Numbered from the stretch's first letter, positions 36,017-45,075 are shown. The stretch is 64,000 nucleotides of DNA from Rickettsiales bacterium (GCA_020630095.1 JAHDCD010000005.1:81358-145357), one strand, 5' to 3'. Numbers and translations: made by a program. The notes: generated from the letters alone by a model not told the origin.

Positions 36017-36513
36017 TGGATTTACCCGATCTTTTAGAAATTGAGCATTTTGGTGGCTCATGGGATAATTATCTTGATGCAGCATATAAAATCTATTGCG
36101 ATGAAGTTGTTAATGGTAATTTAGATTTTATGGGAATTGAGATTAAGTGTCCTTGGCACCCACCTTTTAATGATAAGCACTTTTCTTTCTGGCATATTAT
36201 ATCTCAAGCTAGTTCGGCATCAACTAAAGAAGAAGATAGAGAGCCTGACTTTGAAAGAATAAAAAGAATAAGGTGGATACCATTTATTTTAAAAATTAGT
36301 AAGAATCAAAATGAAGTTTTATGCTGGAATAAAATTGTAAAAACCAAACGAGGGCGAAAAACACATTTACAGATTTTACATAAAAATTCTGGATTTATGA
36401 TCGTACTAAGGAAGGCAAAAAATAGATATGATATAGTAACAGCGTACAGGATAAAAAACCCTGGAAGAAAAATTGCTGAGTATGATAAGGTAATGGATCC
36501 GAGAAAAGCATAG
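36016..36513 (+). CDS. Hypothetical 165-aa basic protein, translationally coupled to the DUF3800-like gene
   Basis: 1-nt stop/start overlap (TAATG) and a GGAGG about 10 nt upstream of the ATG. No recognisable motif. Confidence 0.55.
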   Translation: MDLPDLLEIEHFGGSWDNYLDAAYKIYCDEVVNGNLDFMGIEIKCPWHPPFNDKHFSFWHIISQASSASTKEEDREPDFERIKRIRWIPFILKISKNQNEVLCWNKIVKTKRGRKTHLQILHKNSGFMIVLRKAKNRYDIVTAYRIKNPGRKIAEYDKVMDPRKA

Positions 36514-36604
36514 GGCATAAATGCCCTAAGTAGCTCCTCTTACACTAGGCAAGTGAGACTAGGTACACTATAACACATAATTAACGTAAATAGCAAGTGG
36601 AAAA

Positions 36605-39600
36605 ATGAGAATAACAGAAGATACATTAGAGCAAGCATTGATTGAATGGCTTGGTGAGCTGGGTTTTGGTTATGAGCATGGCTCTAATTTTACGCCAGAT
36701 AGTAGCGATGAACGTACGAGCTATAAGCAAGTTATCCTTGAACAAAAATTGCGTAATGCGTTAGAGCGAGTTAATCCGAATTTGCCAGCAAAAGCTATTG
36801 ATGATGCGTTATATCAGATAATAAATCCATCGCACCCCAGCTTACTTCAACGCAATAGAGAGTTCCAAAAGTTATTATCTACCGGTATTAAAGTTGAATA
36901 TGATAATGGCGATGAAGAAGTGGGTGATATTGCCTATTTAGTGGACTTCGAGAATGTTGATAATAATGAGTGGTTAGTTGTTAATCAGTTTACTATTGAA
37001 GGCACTTACGCTAACCGCCGCCCTGATGTTATAATTTTCGTTAATGGTTTGCCGTTATTTGTATTTGAATTGAAAAATCCAGCCGATGAAGAAGCTGATA
37101 TTTGGAAGGCTTATGAGCAAATTCAATTTTACAAAGAACGTATAGAGGATTTATTCAATAGTAATATTGCGTGCATTATATCTGATGGCATAGATGCACG
37201 AATAGGCTCTTTAACGGCCAATAAAGAACGCTTTATGGCTTGGCGTGCAGGTGATGAAGATGAAGCATCTGCAGCATTAGAACTTGAGAAATTCACAAGG
37301 GCATTTTTTATCAAAGAAAATCTGCTTTCTTATATGCAGTATTTCATATTATTTGAAGAAGATGAAAAAAATATAATTAAGAAAATTGCCGGCTATCATC
37401 AATTTTACGCTGTGCAAGCGGCAATGAAAAGTACATTAGCCGCTACATCTGAAAATGGTGATAGGCGCGCAGGCGTTGTTTGGCATACTCAAGGTTCGGG
37501 TAAATCTATTTCTATGACGTGCTATGCTTCAATGGTAATGAGGCATAAAGGAATGAATAACCCTACTCTTGTTATTGTTACGGATAGAAACGAGCTAGAT
37601 AACCAACTATTCGAGCAATTTTGTAAAGCTAAAGATGCATTAGGAGAATTACCTCAAAAAGCCGATAGTAGAGAAGAAGTAAAAGAACTTTTAGCTAACA
37701 GGCCTTCTGGTGGCGTTATATTTACTACAATACAAAAGTTTGGTTTGAATGAGGATAGTAATGAATATCCAGCATTATCAGAGCGTAAAAATATTGTAGT
37801 TATTTCTGATGAAGCTCATAGAAGTCAATATGGTCATAAAGCCAGAGTTGATAAAGAAACTGGAAAGGTGAAATATGGCTATTCTAAATATCTTCGTGAT
37901 GCATTGCCAAATGCCTCATTTATAGGTTTTACGGGTACTCCAGTTGAAATGGAAGACAGAGATACAAGAGCTGTATTTGGTGGGTATGTTCATATTTATG
38001 ATATTAAACAAGCCGTAGAAGATGGCGCAACTGTTACACTTCATTATGAGCCACGCTATATTCCGTTAACTGCCGATGAAGAAATGCTCGCCAAACTTGA
38101 TGAAGAGCTAGATGAGATATTAGAAGATGAGGAAGAAGAATCTTCGGAAAAACATAAATCTAACTGGTCTACCATGGCGCGCTTAGCTGGCGCAGAACCT
38201 AGGGTAAAACTTTTAGCTAAAGATATTGTTGAACATTTTGAAGAGCGCACATCTGCATTAGATGGTAAAGCAATGGCCGTATGCATGACTCGTGATATAT
38301 GCGCCGATTTATATGAGGAGATAATAAAATTACGCCCAGATTGGCATGATGACGACCCTATGAAAGGCGTTGTTAAAGTAATTATGACATCTAACGCTTC
38401 TGATAGTGAAAAGCTACGTCGTCATAATTATGGCTCGAAGGTTAAGAAGGATATGGAGAAAAGAGCCAAAAATCCCGATGACCCTCTTAAAATTGTTATT
38501 GTACGTGATATGTGGCTCACTGGCTTTGATGCACCTTCTATGCATACAATGTACATTGATAAACCAATGAAGGGGCATAATTTAATGCAGGCTATAGCTA
38601 GAGTTAATAGGGTGTTTAAAGATAAGCCTAGTGGCCTGATTGTTGACTATATTGGAATTGCTAATGAGCTAAAACTTGCGAAAGAAACTTATACTGCAAG
38701 TAACGGTAAAGGCGATATTATCATCGATTCTCAAAAGCAGCTAGAATTACTTAAAGAAAAAATGCACGTGGTAAGAGATATGCTTCATGGAGTTGATTAC
38801 TCTTCATATCAACAAAATGCTCTATCTGTAATGCCTTTGATGATGGATCATATACTAGGTCTTGACGATGGTAAAAAACGTTTTGCAGATGCAGTTTTAA
38901 TAGCGTCTAAAGCAATGGCTATATGTGGCACTTTAGATGAAGCGACTGATTACAGAGATGAATTAGCATTATTTCAAGCGGTAAAATCAGCATTATCCAA
39001 AAAAGCTGGTGGTAAACTCAGAAGTAAAGATGATATTGATAACGCTATGCGTCAAATAATATCAAATGCGGTAATTACCGATGATATTGTTGATATATTT
39101 GATGCATCAGGGGTAAAAAAGCCAGATATTTCTATTTTATCAGATGATTTCTTAAAAGAGTTTAGCAAAATGCCACAAAAGAATTTGGCAGTTGAATTGC
39201 TTGAACGCATAATGGCAGATAAAATTAAATCTAAAGCTGATAGCAATATTACTACGGCAAAAAAATACTCCGATAGACTGAAAGAAGTTATTAGCAGATA
39301 CCAATCTAGAACGGTTGATACCTCTGAAATTATTGAAGAGCTAATATCAATGGCTAAAGAATATAATCAAGCCGAAAAACGTGGGGATAATTTAGGTTTA
39401 AATTCAGATGAATTGTCATTTTATGATGCATTAGAAACTAATGAAGCAGCTGTTAGAGAATTAGGCGATGAAGTTTTAGTTACCATTGCTAGAGAGCTTA
39501 CGGATAAACTTCGTAAATCTGTAACTATTGATTGGCAAAATAGAGAATCTGTAAGAGCTAAAATTAGAATTGCCATCAAACGCATTCTTAAAACTCATAA

Positions 39601-39682
39601 ATATCCACCTGATAAGCAAGAAAAGGCAATTGAAACTGTTTTAAAACAAGCTGAATTATTATCTCATAGTTTAGTGCAATAG
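36605..39682 (+). CDS. hsdR: Type I restriction enzyme endonuclease/translocase subunit
   Basis: N-terminal PD-(D/E)XK (RRPDVIIFVNGLPLFVFELK), Walker A TQGSGKS and DEAH box (ISDEAHRSQ). 1025 aa. Confidence 0.95.
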   Translation: MRITEDTLEQALIEWLGELGFGYEHGSNFTPDSSDERTSYKQVILEQKLRNALERVNPNLPAKAIDDALYQIINPSHPSLLQRNREFQKLLSTGIKVEYDNGDEEVGDIAYLVDFENVDNNEWLVVNQFTIEGTYANRRPDVIIFVNGLPLFVFELKNPADEEADIWKAYEQIQFYKERIEDLFNSNIACIISDGIDARIGSLTANKERFMAWRAGDEDEASAALELEKFTRAFFIKENLLSYMQYFILFEEDEKNIIKKIAGYHQFYAVQAAMKSTLAATSENGDRRAGVVWHTQGSGKSISMTCYASMVMRHKGMNNPTLVIVTDRNELDNQLFEQFCKAKDALGELPQKADSREEVKELLANRPSGGVIFTTIQKFGLNEDSNEYPALSERKNIVVISDEAHRSQYGHKARVDKETGKVKYGYSKYLRDALPNASFIGFTGTPVEMEDRDTRAVFGGYVHIYDIKQAVEDGATVTLHYEPRYIPLTADEEMLAKLDEELDEILEDEEEESSEKHKSNWSTMARLAGAEPRVKLLAKDIVEHFEERTSALDGKAMAVCMTRDICADLYEEIIKLRPDWHDDDPMKGVVKVIMTSNASDSEKLRRHNYGSKVKKDMEKRAKNPDDPLKIVIVRDMWLTGFDAPSMHTMYIDKPMKGHNLMQAIARVNRVFKDKPSGLIVDYIGIANELKLAKETYTASNGKGDIIIDSQKQLELLKEKMHVVRDMLHGVDYSSYQQNALSVMPLMMDHILGLDDGKKRFADAVLIASKAMAICGTLDEATDYRDELALFQAVKSALSKKAGGKLRSKDDIDNAMRQIISNAVITDDIVDIFDASGVKKPDISILSDDFLKEFSKMPQKNLAVELLERIMADKIKSKADSNITTAKKYSDRLKEVISRYQSRTVDTSEIIEELISMAKEYNQAEKRGDNLGLNSDELSFYDALETNEAAVRELGDEVLVTIARELTDKLRKSVTIDWQNRESVRAKIRIAIKRILKTHKYPPDKQEKAIETVLKQAELLSHSLVQ

Positions 39683-39702
39683 TATTATAATAAGTTTTAC
39701 CT

Positions 39703-40671
39703 ATGCGATTAGAAAAAGCAGAGAATTTATTGAAATTAGCCATCCTTATGCAAACAAAGGAGGATGGAGTCAGCTTAATTGATATTCAAGAAGAGTTCGA
39801 CGTTGGTAGGCGAACTGCAGAAAGAATGCGCGACTCTATCCAAAGGTTAATTCCATCAACCCATTCTATTGGACGTGAAGGTAGGATAAAGAAGTGGAAA
39901 ATATCAGATAATAAATTTGGCTCATTAATTAACTTTTCAGCTGATGAGTTAGCTCAAGTAAAAGCATCTGCAAATAAATTACGTGAGACAAAATTAGATA
40001 GTGATGCTGATACTCTTGATGAGGTTTATGCTAAAATTAAATCATCACTGCCATTAAATCAAAATGTACGTTTAGAACCTGATATAGAAGCTATTATTGA
40101 GGCTGAAGGTTACGATACAAGAGTTGGTGTTAAGAATAAAATTTCCAGCGATATTTTAAATATTCTGCGCGAGGCCATTAAATCATGTAAAAAAGTTAAA
40201 ATCACTTATCAAAATAGCCAAGATAAGCAATCTACCAGAACTGTTGCGCCTTATGGATTCCTTTATGGAAATAAGCATTATATTATCGCTATGTGCTCAA
40301 AGGCTGATGGTATTAGAACATTTAATTTAAGTAAGATTGTTAAAGCTACGCTTACAGAAATTTCATACGAGATACCTTCGGATTTTAACTTGAAAGCTTA
40401 TAATCAGCGCTCTTTTGGAGTATTCCAAGAAATACCACACGAGGTAATTTGGAGGTTTAGCCCTGAAGTAGCAAATGCAGCTAATGAATATGAGTTTCAC
40501 CCATCTCAAGAAACGGAAATTTTAGAAGATGGTTCATTACTGGTTTCATTTACTGCAGGTGGCTTAAAGGAAATGTGCTACGAACTCTTCAAATGGGAAG
40601 GTGCTGTTGAAATTATAGCGCCGGAAGAGTTGAAAGACGAATTTAGAGAAATTATGAAGTCTAACCTTTAA
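39703..40671 (+). CDS. WYL-domain transcriptional regulator (HTH-WYL-WCX architecture, BrxR/CapW-like)
   Basis: N-terminal wHTH (IDIQEEFDVGRRTAERMRDSI). The central WYL-like segment is RTVAPYGFLYGNKHYIIAMCSKADGIRTFNLSKI. Confidence 0.8.
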   Translation: MRLEKAENLLKLAILMQTKEDGVSLIDIQEEFDVGRRTAERMRDSIQRLIPSTHSIGREGRIKKWKISDNKFGSLINFSADELAQVKASANKLRETKLDSDADTLDEVYAKIKSSLPLNQNVRLEPDIEAIIEAEGYDTRVGVKNKISSDILNILREAIKSCKKVKITYQNSQDKQSTRTVAPYGFLYGNKHYIIAMCSKADGIRTFNLSKIVKATLTEISYEIPSDFNLKAYNQRSFGVFQEIPHEVIWRFSPEVANAANEYEFHPSQETEILEDGSLLVSFTAGGLKEMCYELFKWEGAVEIIAPEELKDEFREIMKSNL

Positions 40672-41749
40672 TACTATAATTCCTTAAAAAATCTGCAAAT
40701 GTAACACACCTATTTTTAGGAATCATCGCAGCAATCCAACCTTTGCCTCTTCCTTTCTTTCCACTTTTATCCTTTAAAAGATTCGCCTGTAATTTAACTG
40801 GACTATCTAGGAAATAATATGTTGCATCTTCACCCTGAATATCATTCTCAATCTCTAGCGCAGCCTGCCATTTAGGTAGCAATTCTTTTTTCTTCAGAGG
40901 AAACTCCTCATTAGAAAAGGAATTTTCAATCAACTTCTCACAAGTATCTTGTACAAGCTCCCATTTGATATTTTTAATAGTGATTATGCCTAATATTTTA
41001 GAAAGACTTGGTATTCCTTCATCTAGATTGGCTAAATTACCTCGTGTAAAATAGGGTGCGAAATATAAAGGTGAGCCATTCACTTTGCCCCTTCTATAGA
41101 CACCATTCTGGTATCTTCTAATCTCACTATCCAAGCCAACATCTTGTATTAATATTTCTTTTTGATTTGCCATTCCATAACTCCTTTCATAATATTTTAA
41201 AAACTCATCTAATTCTTCTCCAGCATTTGGATTTTGATCCGCCAACTCATTTATTAATTCACGCCATGTGATATCAATAATATTCAAATTATTGTCACCG
41301 CCATGAAGGTTGATTCCTGATTGATGAGATAAGAAAACAAAGAATTTTTTATACTTATCATCCTCTTTCTTATCATAGATAGGTTTGTATAATTCGAATT
41401 GCTCTCTGGTAGCTTTTCCCGAACCGACCTTACATTCTATAATTAGAAAATATCTCGTTTCCTTATCTGTAAATTCAATTTCTATATCGGTGCGTCCACC
41501 TTTGTCTGAATCATTTAGTTCTGCAGCCTTATATGATTTCTCAATTTTAATATCTAAACTCTTAAACCACGAACTTGATTTTTGTTCTAATTTTATATCT
41601 AGCAACTTGCATAAAGCCCTAATTACTTTTGGGTCAACTCCTGCCAGATAAGCTAAAACTTTTGATAGATTAGTTTCCTTTCTAGTAGAGTCTAAAATAT
41701 CAAATAAGTTCAAATAGCTCTTTTTATTTTCTGCGCTTTTAATCTGCAT
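40661..41749 (-). CDS. PD-(D/E)XK nuclease-family N-terminal domain protein with unknown C-terminal domain
   Basis: The N-terminal NLFDIL..ETNLSKVLAYL and GRTDIEIEF....FLIIECKVGS segments give a D...E-x-K pattern. Confidence 0.6.
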   Translation of the reverse strand: MQIKSAENKKSYLNLFDILDSTRKETNLSKVLAYLAGVDPKVIRALCKLLDIKLEQKSSSWFKSLDIKIEKSYKAAELNDSDKGGRTDIEIEFTDKETRYFLIIECKVGSGKATREQFELYKPIYDKKEDDKYKKFFVFLSHQSGINLHGGDNNLNIIDITWRELINELADQNPNAGEELDEFLKYYERSYGMANQKEILIQDVGLDSEIRRYQNGVYRRGKVNGSPLYFAPYFTRGNLANLDEGIPSLSKILGIITIKNIKWELVQDTCEKLIENSFSNEEFPLKKKELLPKWQAALEIENDIQGEDATYYFLDSPVKLQANLLKDKSGKKGRGKGWIAAMIPKNRCVTFADFLRNYSIKG

Positions 41750-43223
41750 AACTCTTCACCACCTCCAAAAGTTTAACCATAGCATAAGTGTCCAGTTTGC
41801 AATATTCTAATAGGTCTGGAATTGAAGCTTTAAAGTCTTTATCAGTCAATTTGCCTTTAACAAAATTAGAGAAGCAGCTCATAGCATCTGCACCGTTAGA
41901 TATTTCCATATCAGCATATGAAAACTTAGTAAATGCAGGTAAAACCTTTTTAATTGAATAAGAGCCTTCCTGATTAGGATGGTAAAGATGCCTTGATCTA
42001 AAAGGAATTGCTAAATCTACCATGCGTGAATTTATATTATCAATCACATCGGCATATTCAGGCAGGAATTTTGCGAGCTCATTATTGCGCGCTTCTTCAA
42101 ATGACTGATTATAAACAATAACACTGCCGCTATTACCCAACGCATCTACTAAAACTTTAGCAAAATCACACCTTGGGTCAGATTTCTTATCATGTAGAAA
42201 TTCAATATGCTCTAGCTTACCATTTTCCTCTTTTTGTATATGAAGTGAAAATTGAAATGGTATCTGTTGATACGGGCGAGAGCCATTAAATGGAGGAATT
42301 GCCTCACCGAAAGTTTCGTAATCGAGATAATATAATGGATATTCCAATTTAGATGCAAAAGCCTTTAACTCATTTTTATCAATAAAAGCTTCACCATTCA
42401 TATATGAGTTATAATCAACAGATTTATTGCCATTGGGCGCACCGGATTCTGGTAAATCCAGAATATCAAAGCTCCCAGATTCATTTCCAATTTCAAAACC
42501 TCTTTTTGCACCCAGTAATTCAATAATTGAATATTGAGGGATATTATCCCAACAGTAATCTTTGTAATCACACTCAAATGGTTTTAAGCAATGCGTGCCG
42601 TTATTGATTTTCGGCTCCTCACTTGATGCCAAAACTTCTAATAAAGGTTTAACCCTAGCCTCAACCTCATCCTGTTTGGCTAAAGTTTCATCTGTTATAT
42701 CATGAAGTTTAAATATCTTTTGTGGATCAATATCACCATCACGCACATATTCATTATTAATTACCATCATGTAGCAATTGCGGATATTATACCCCGCACC
42801 TTTAAACGCATAATATTGCAGCGACATATCATCATAATGATAATCTTTAACGCTAGTGCTAGATTTAACCTCAATAAGATCTACTGATTTATCAAGATTA
42901 ACTTTTAAAATATCAATTTTTGAGTACGCACCGGTGTCGCGGTGAATTGCAGTTGCCTCAAATATTACTCGATAATCAGCATCTATATAATCTTTAGTTA
43001 GAGATACTGCTTCAGCAACTTTCCAATAAGGGGCTTCAACCTCTATAGATTTTAACTCAAAATATTCTTTTGCTAACTCGCCAACTTCGTGACCTGTATC
43101 AAATAACGCCTGTTGTTCTGGTGTGATTTCAGGCTTTAAATCTTTTCTATTTCTAAACAGCCATAACGCTTTTGGGCATTGCTTACCCTTCACATATTGA
43201 GATTTTGATATTGTGTGACTCAT
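41739..43223 (-). CDS. Cas4/RecB-like PD-(D/E)XK nuclease fused to DEDD-like exonuclease domain (DUF2779-like)
   Basis: The ATG at 43223 lies 4 nt after the upstream stop. The four-Cys pattern is C(QCP)...HC-x5-C-x5-C. Nuclease motifs are IDILK...DLIEVK. The C-terminal half has YLDYET, YNQSFE and KLDTYAM. Confidence 0.65.
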   Translation of the reverse strand: MSHTISKSQYVKGKQCPKALWLFRNRKDLKPEITPEQQALFDTGHEVGELAKEYFELKSIEVEAPYWKVAEAVSLTKDYIDADYRVIFEATAIHRDTGAYSKIDILKVNLDKSVDLIEVKSSTSVKDYHYDDMSLQYYAFKGAGYNIRNCYMMVINNEYVRDGDIDPQKIFKLHDITDETLAKQDEVEARVKPLLEVLASSEEPKINNGTHCLKPFECDYKDYCWDNIPQYSIIELLGAKRGFEIGNESGSFDILDLPESGAPNGNKSVDYNSYMNGEAFIDKNELKAFASKLEYPLYYLDYETFGEAIPPFNGSRPYQQIPFQFSLHIQKEENGKLEHIEFLHDKKSDPRCDFAKVLVDALGNSGSVIVYNQSFEEARNNELAKFLPEYADVIDNINSRMVDLAIPFRSRHLYHPNQEGSYSIKKVLPAFTKFSYADMEISNGADAMSCFSNFVKGKLTDKDFKASIPDLLEYCKLDTYAMVKLLEVVKSYAD

Positions 43224-43227
43224 AATA

Positions 43228-43944
43228 TTAACTTTTATAATGTGTAAATCTTTCAATATATTCAGGGTTCATTAGAAGCTCTTTTGCACTTTCTAAATCT
43301 TCCATAACGCATCTAGGAATATCTATATTTTTAGGTAAATTTTTATGTCTATATATAAAATGAGGTGCAAACTTATTAAAACTATCTCTATTTCTCATTG
43401 ATGATTTAATATTGTCCGAAAATCTGACTAACCATTTTTCTTGATCTGTTTGACTTATAATTTCATTTATATCGATATTAGATAATCTTAATCTAAACTT
43501 ACCACATTGAATAAATTTACGGTACTGTCCTTCTTGAATTTGAATACCTAACTCTAGTTCATTATCGTTATCTAACTTTTTAATTAAAGAACACCCAACC
43601 AAAGGTAATTTTCTTGTTAAACCATAATAGAAGTTTGTTTTTATTTCATCTTCATTTACCGAAAAATTATTTTCTTTGAAGTGAGCCTCAATTCTATCTA
43701 AAAGTTTACTTGCTAGATATTTCTCAATTGTTTCAGCAAAGCGTATCCCGTTAAGATGATCATATGTATCTCCCTCATCTTTGCTACGCAACAAAAATGG
43801 AAATTCACTATCATCACCTATTAATTTTATTTTAGTTAACTTATTTAAAACTCTTAATAAATCGGTGTAGTCTTTATGATATTCTGTGCGCCAATTTATA
43901 TCGTCTAACTTATCAGATAAATCACCAAAGCTAATATCTGCCAT
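43228..43944 (-). CDS. Hypothetical 238-aa protein
   Basis: The ORF is tightly packed between the truncated methyltransferase and the nuclease-exonuclease gene. No recognisable motif. Confidence 0.5.
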   Translation of the reverse strand: MADISFGDLSDKLDDINWRTEYHKDYTDLLRVLNKLTKIKLIGDDSEFPFLLRSKDEGDTYDHLNGIRFAETIEKYLASKLLDRIEAHFKENNFSVNEDEIKTNFYYGLTRKLPLVGCSLIKKLDNDNELELGIQIQEGQYRKFIQCGKFRLRLSNIDINEIISQTDQEKWLVRFSDNIKSSMRNRDSFNKFAPHFIYRHKNLPKNIDIPRCVMEDLESAKELLMNPEYIERFTHYKS

Positions 43945-44947
43945 TCTTGCCTAGATTGATATTATTAGTGTGCGGTGCTTTGCCATTTTTATAAACACAA
44001 ACCATCTCATGCTTTGAGCGATATAATGAACCCATACCACCATTATTCTTATTCCAAACGCAGATATTTTTATGTTCGCTATAATATTCTTTAGCAGCAC
44101 TTATTAGTTCGTAGAGATGTCGCCAATCCATAAAGATATAATGAAGAGAGCCGTCTTTAGAGAATTTTACAGCTTGATTTATGAATTTAGAGAGAAACTC
44201 AATAAATTCATTCTCAGACATTTCTCCTGATGCCATAGCAAATTCATCATGCTTAATTGAGCCATTGCCGCAAACATGATTATCTATATTAACATTAAAC
44301 GGGGGGTCACTCAGAAGGGCATCTGCCTTTTCATTTTCTTTGAAAAGTTGCTGATAAGATTCTTCTTCAGTAGAGTCACCACATATTAAAATATGCCTAC
44401 CCAGAATTATAACATCACCAAGCTTCGTAATAGGTGCTAAGTTATCATCTGCTTCCGGAATATATTCAGGCTCAGGTTCTTTATCAGAATCATCATCTGC
44501 ACCAGCCATAATTACCTCAAGCTCATCATTATCAAAACCCGGAATAATGAACTCCTCATCTAGCTCCATAACCTCATCAAGTATAATAGTTAGCTCTTCA
44601 GCCAAAGCTTCTTCATCAAGGCCTGTCATTAATGATATTTTATTATCAATAATTCTAAGTGCCTTCACCTGATGTTCAGATAAGTGATCTACATAAATTA
44701 CAGGGATTTTTTTATATCCTGCTAATTTAGCCACTTCCAGACGCGCATGACCAGCTATAATAATATTCTCTCTATTTAACAATATGGGAAATAAGAAGCC
44801 GTACATACTAACCGAATTTAGTAATGCCCGCTCTTGTTCCTTATCATGCTCTTTGGTGTTATTCTGATAGGCTATTGGTATATCAACTGAGACATACTCA
44901 ATCTGGATATTTAAATCCTTATAAAGGGTATCTATTTTATTGTTCAT
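43931..44947 (-). CDS. ParB-like N-terminal domain fused to an N6/N4 DNA methyltransferase that is truncated before the AdoMet-binding motif (possible pseudogene)
   Basis: ParB/Srx box IIAGHARLEVAKLAG, then catalytic motif IV SDPPFN, then GGMGSLYRSKHE. The ORF stops right after GKNGRY, with no HPT.KP or F/G-x-G-S-G motif. Confidence 0.7.
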   Translation of the reverse strand: MNNKIDTLYKDLNIQIEYVSVDIPIAYQNNTKEHDKEQERALLNSVSMYGFLFPILLNRENIIIAGHARLEVAKLAGYKKIPVIYVDHLSEHQVKALRIIDNKISLMTGLDEEALAEELTIILDEVMELDEEFIIPGFDNDELEVIMAGADDDSDKEPEPEYIPEADDNLAPITKLGDVIILGRHILICGDSTEEESYQQLFKENEKADALLSDPPFNVNIDNHVCGNGSIKHDEFAMASGEMSENEFIEFLSKFINQAVKFSKDGSLHYIFMDWRHLYELISAAKEYYSEHKNICVWNKNNGGMGSLYRSKHEMVCVYKNGKAPHTNNINLGKNGRY

Positions 44948-45075
44948 AATTAAAAACTTTGTTTCAAAGCTCTAAATATGATGCCCTTTCACCCTCCGGA
45001 AGTGCCTAAAATAACTTTTTTATAAATTTCTTAGAAAGTTAAAAAGTTATGCTGACACTTAATTGACTTTCTAAA

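Noticed and set aside
44992-45006. CCCTCCGGAAGTGCC resembles the tRNA-Arg 3' segment CCCTTCGGGTGC, considered as a possible degraded att site upstream of the ParB-methyltransferase gene.
   Set aside because: The similarity is interrupted and short, so it is not distinguishable from chance by eye.
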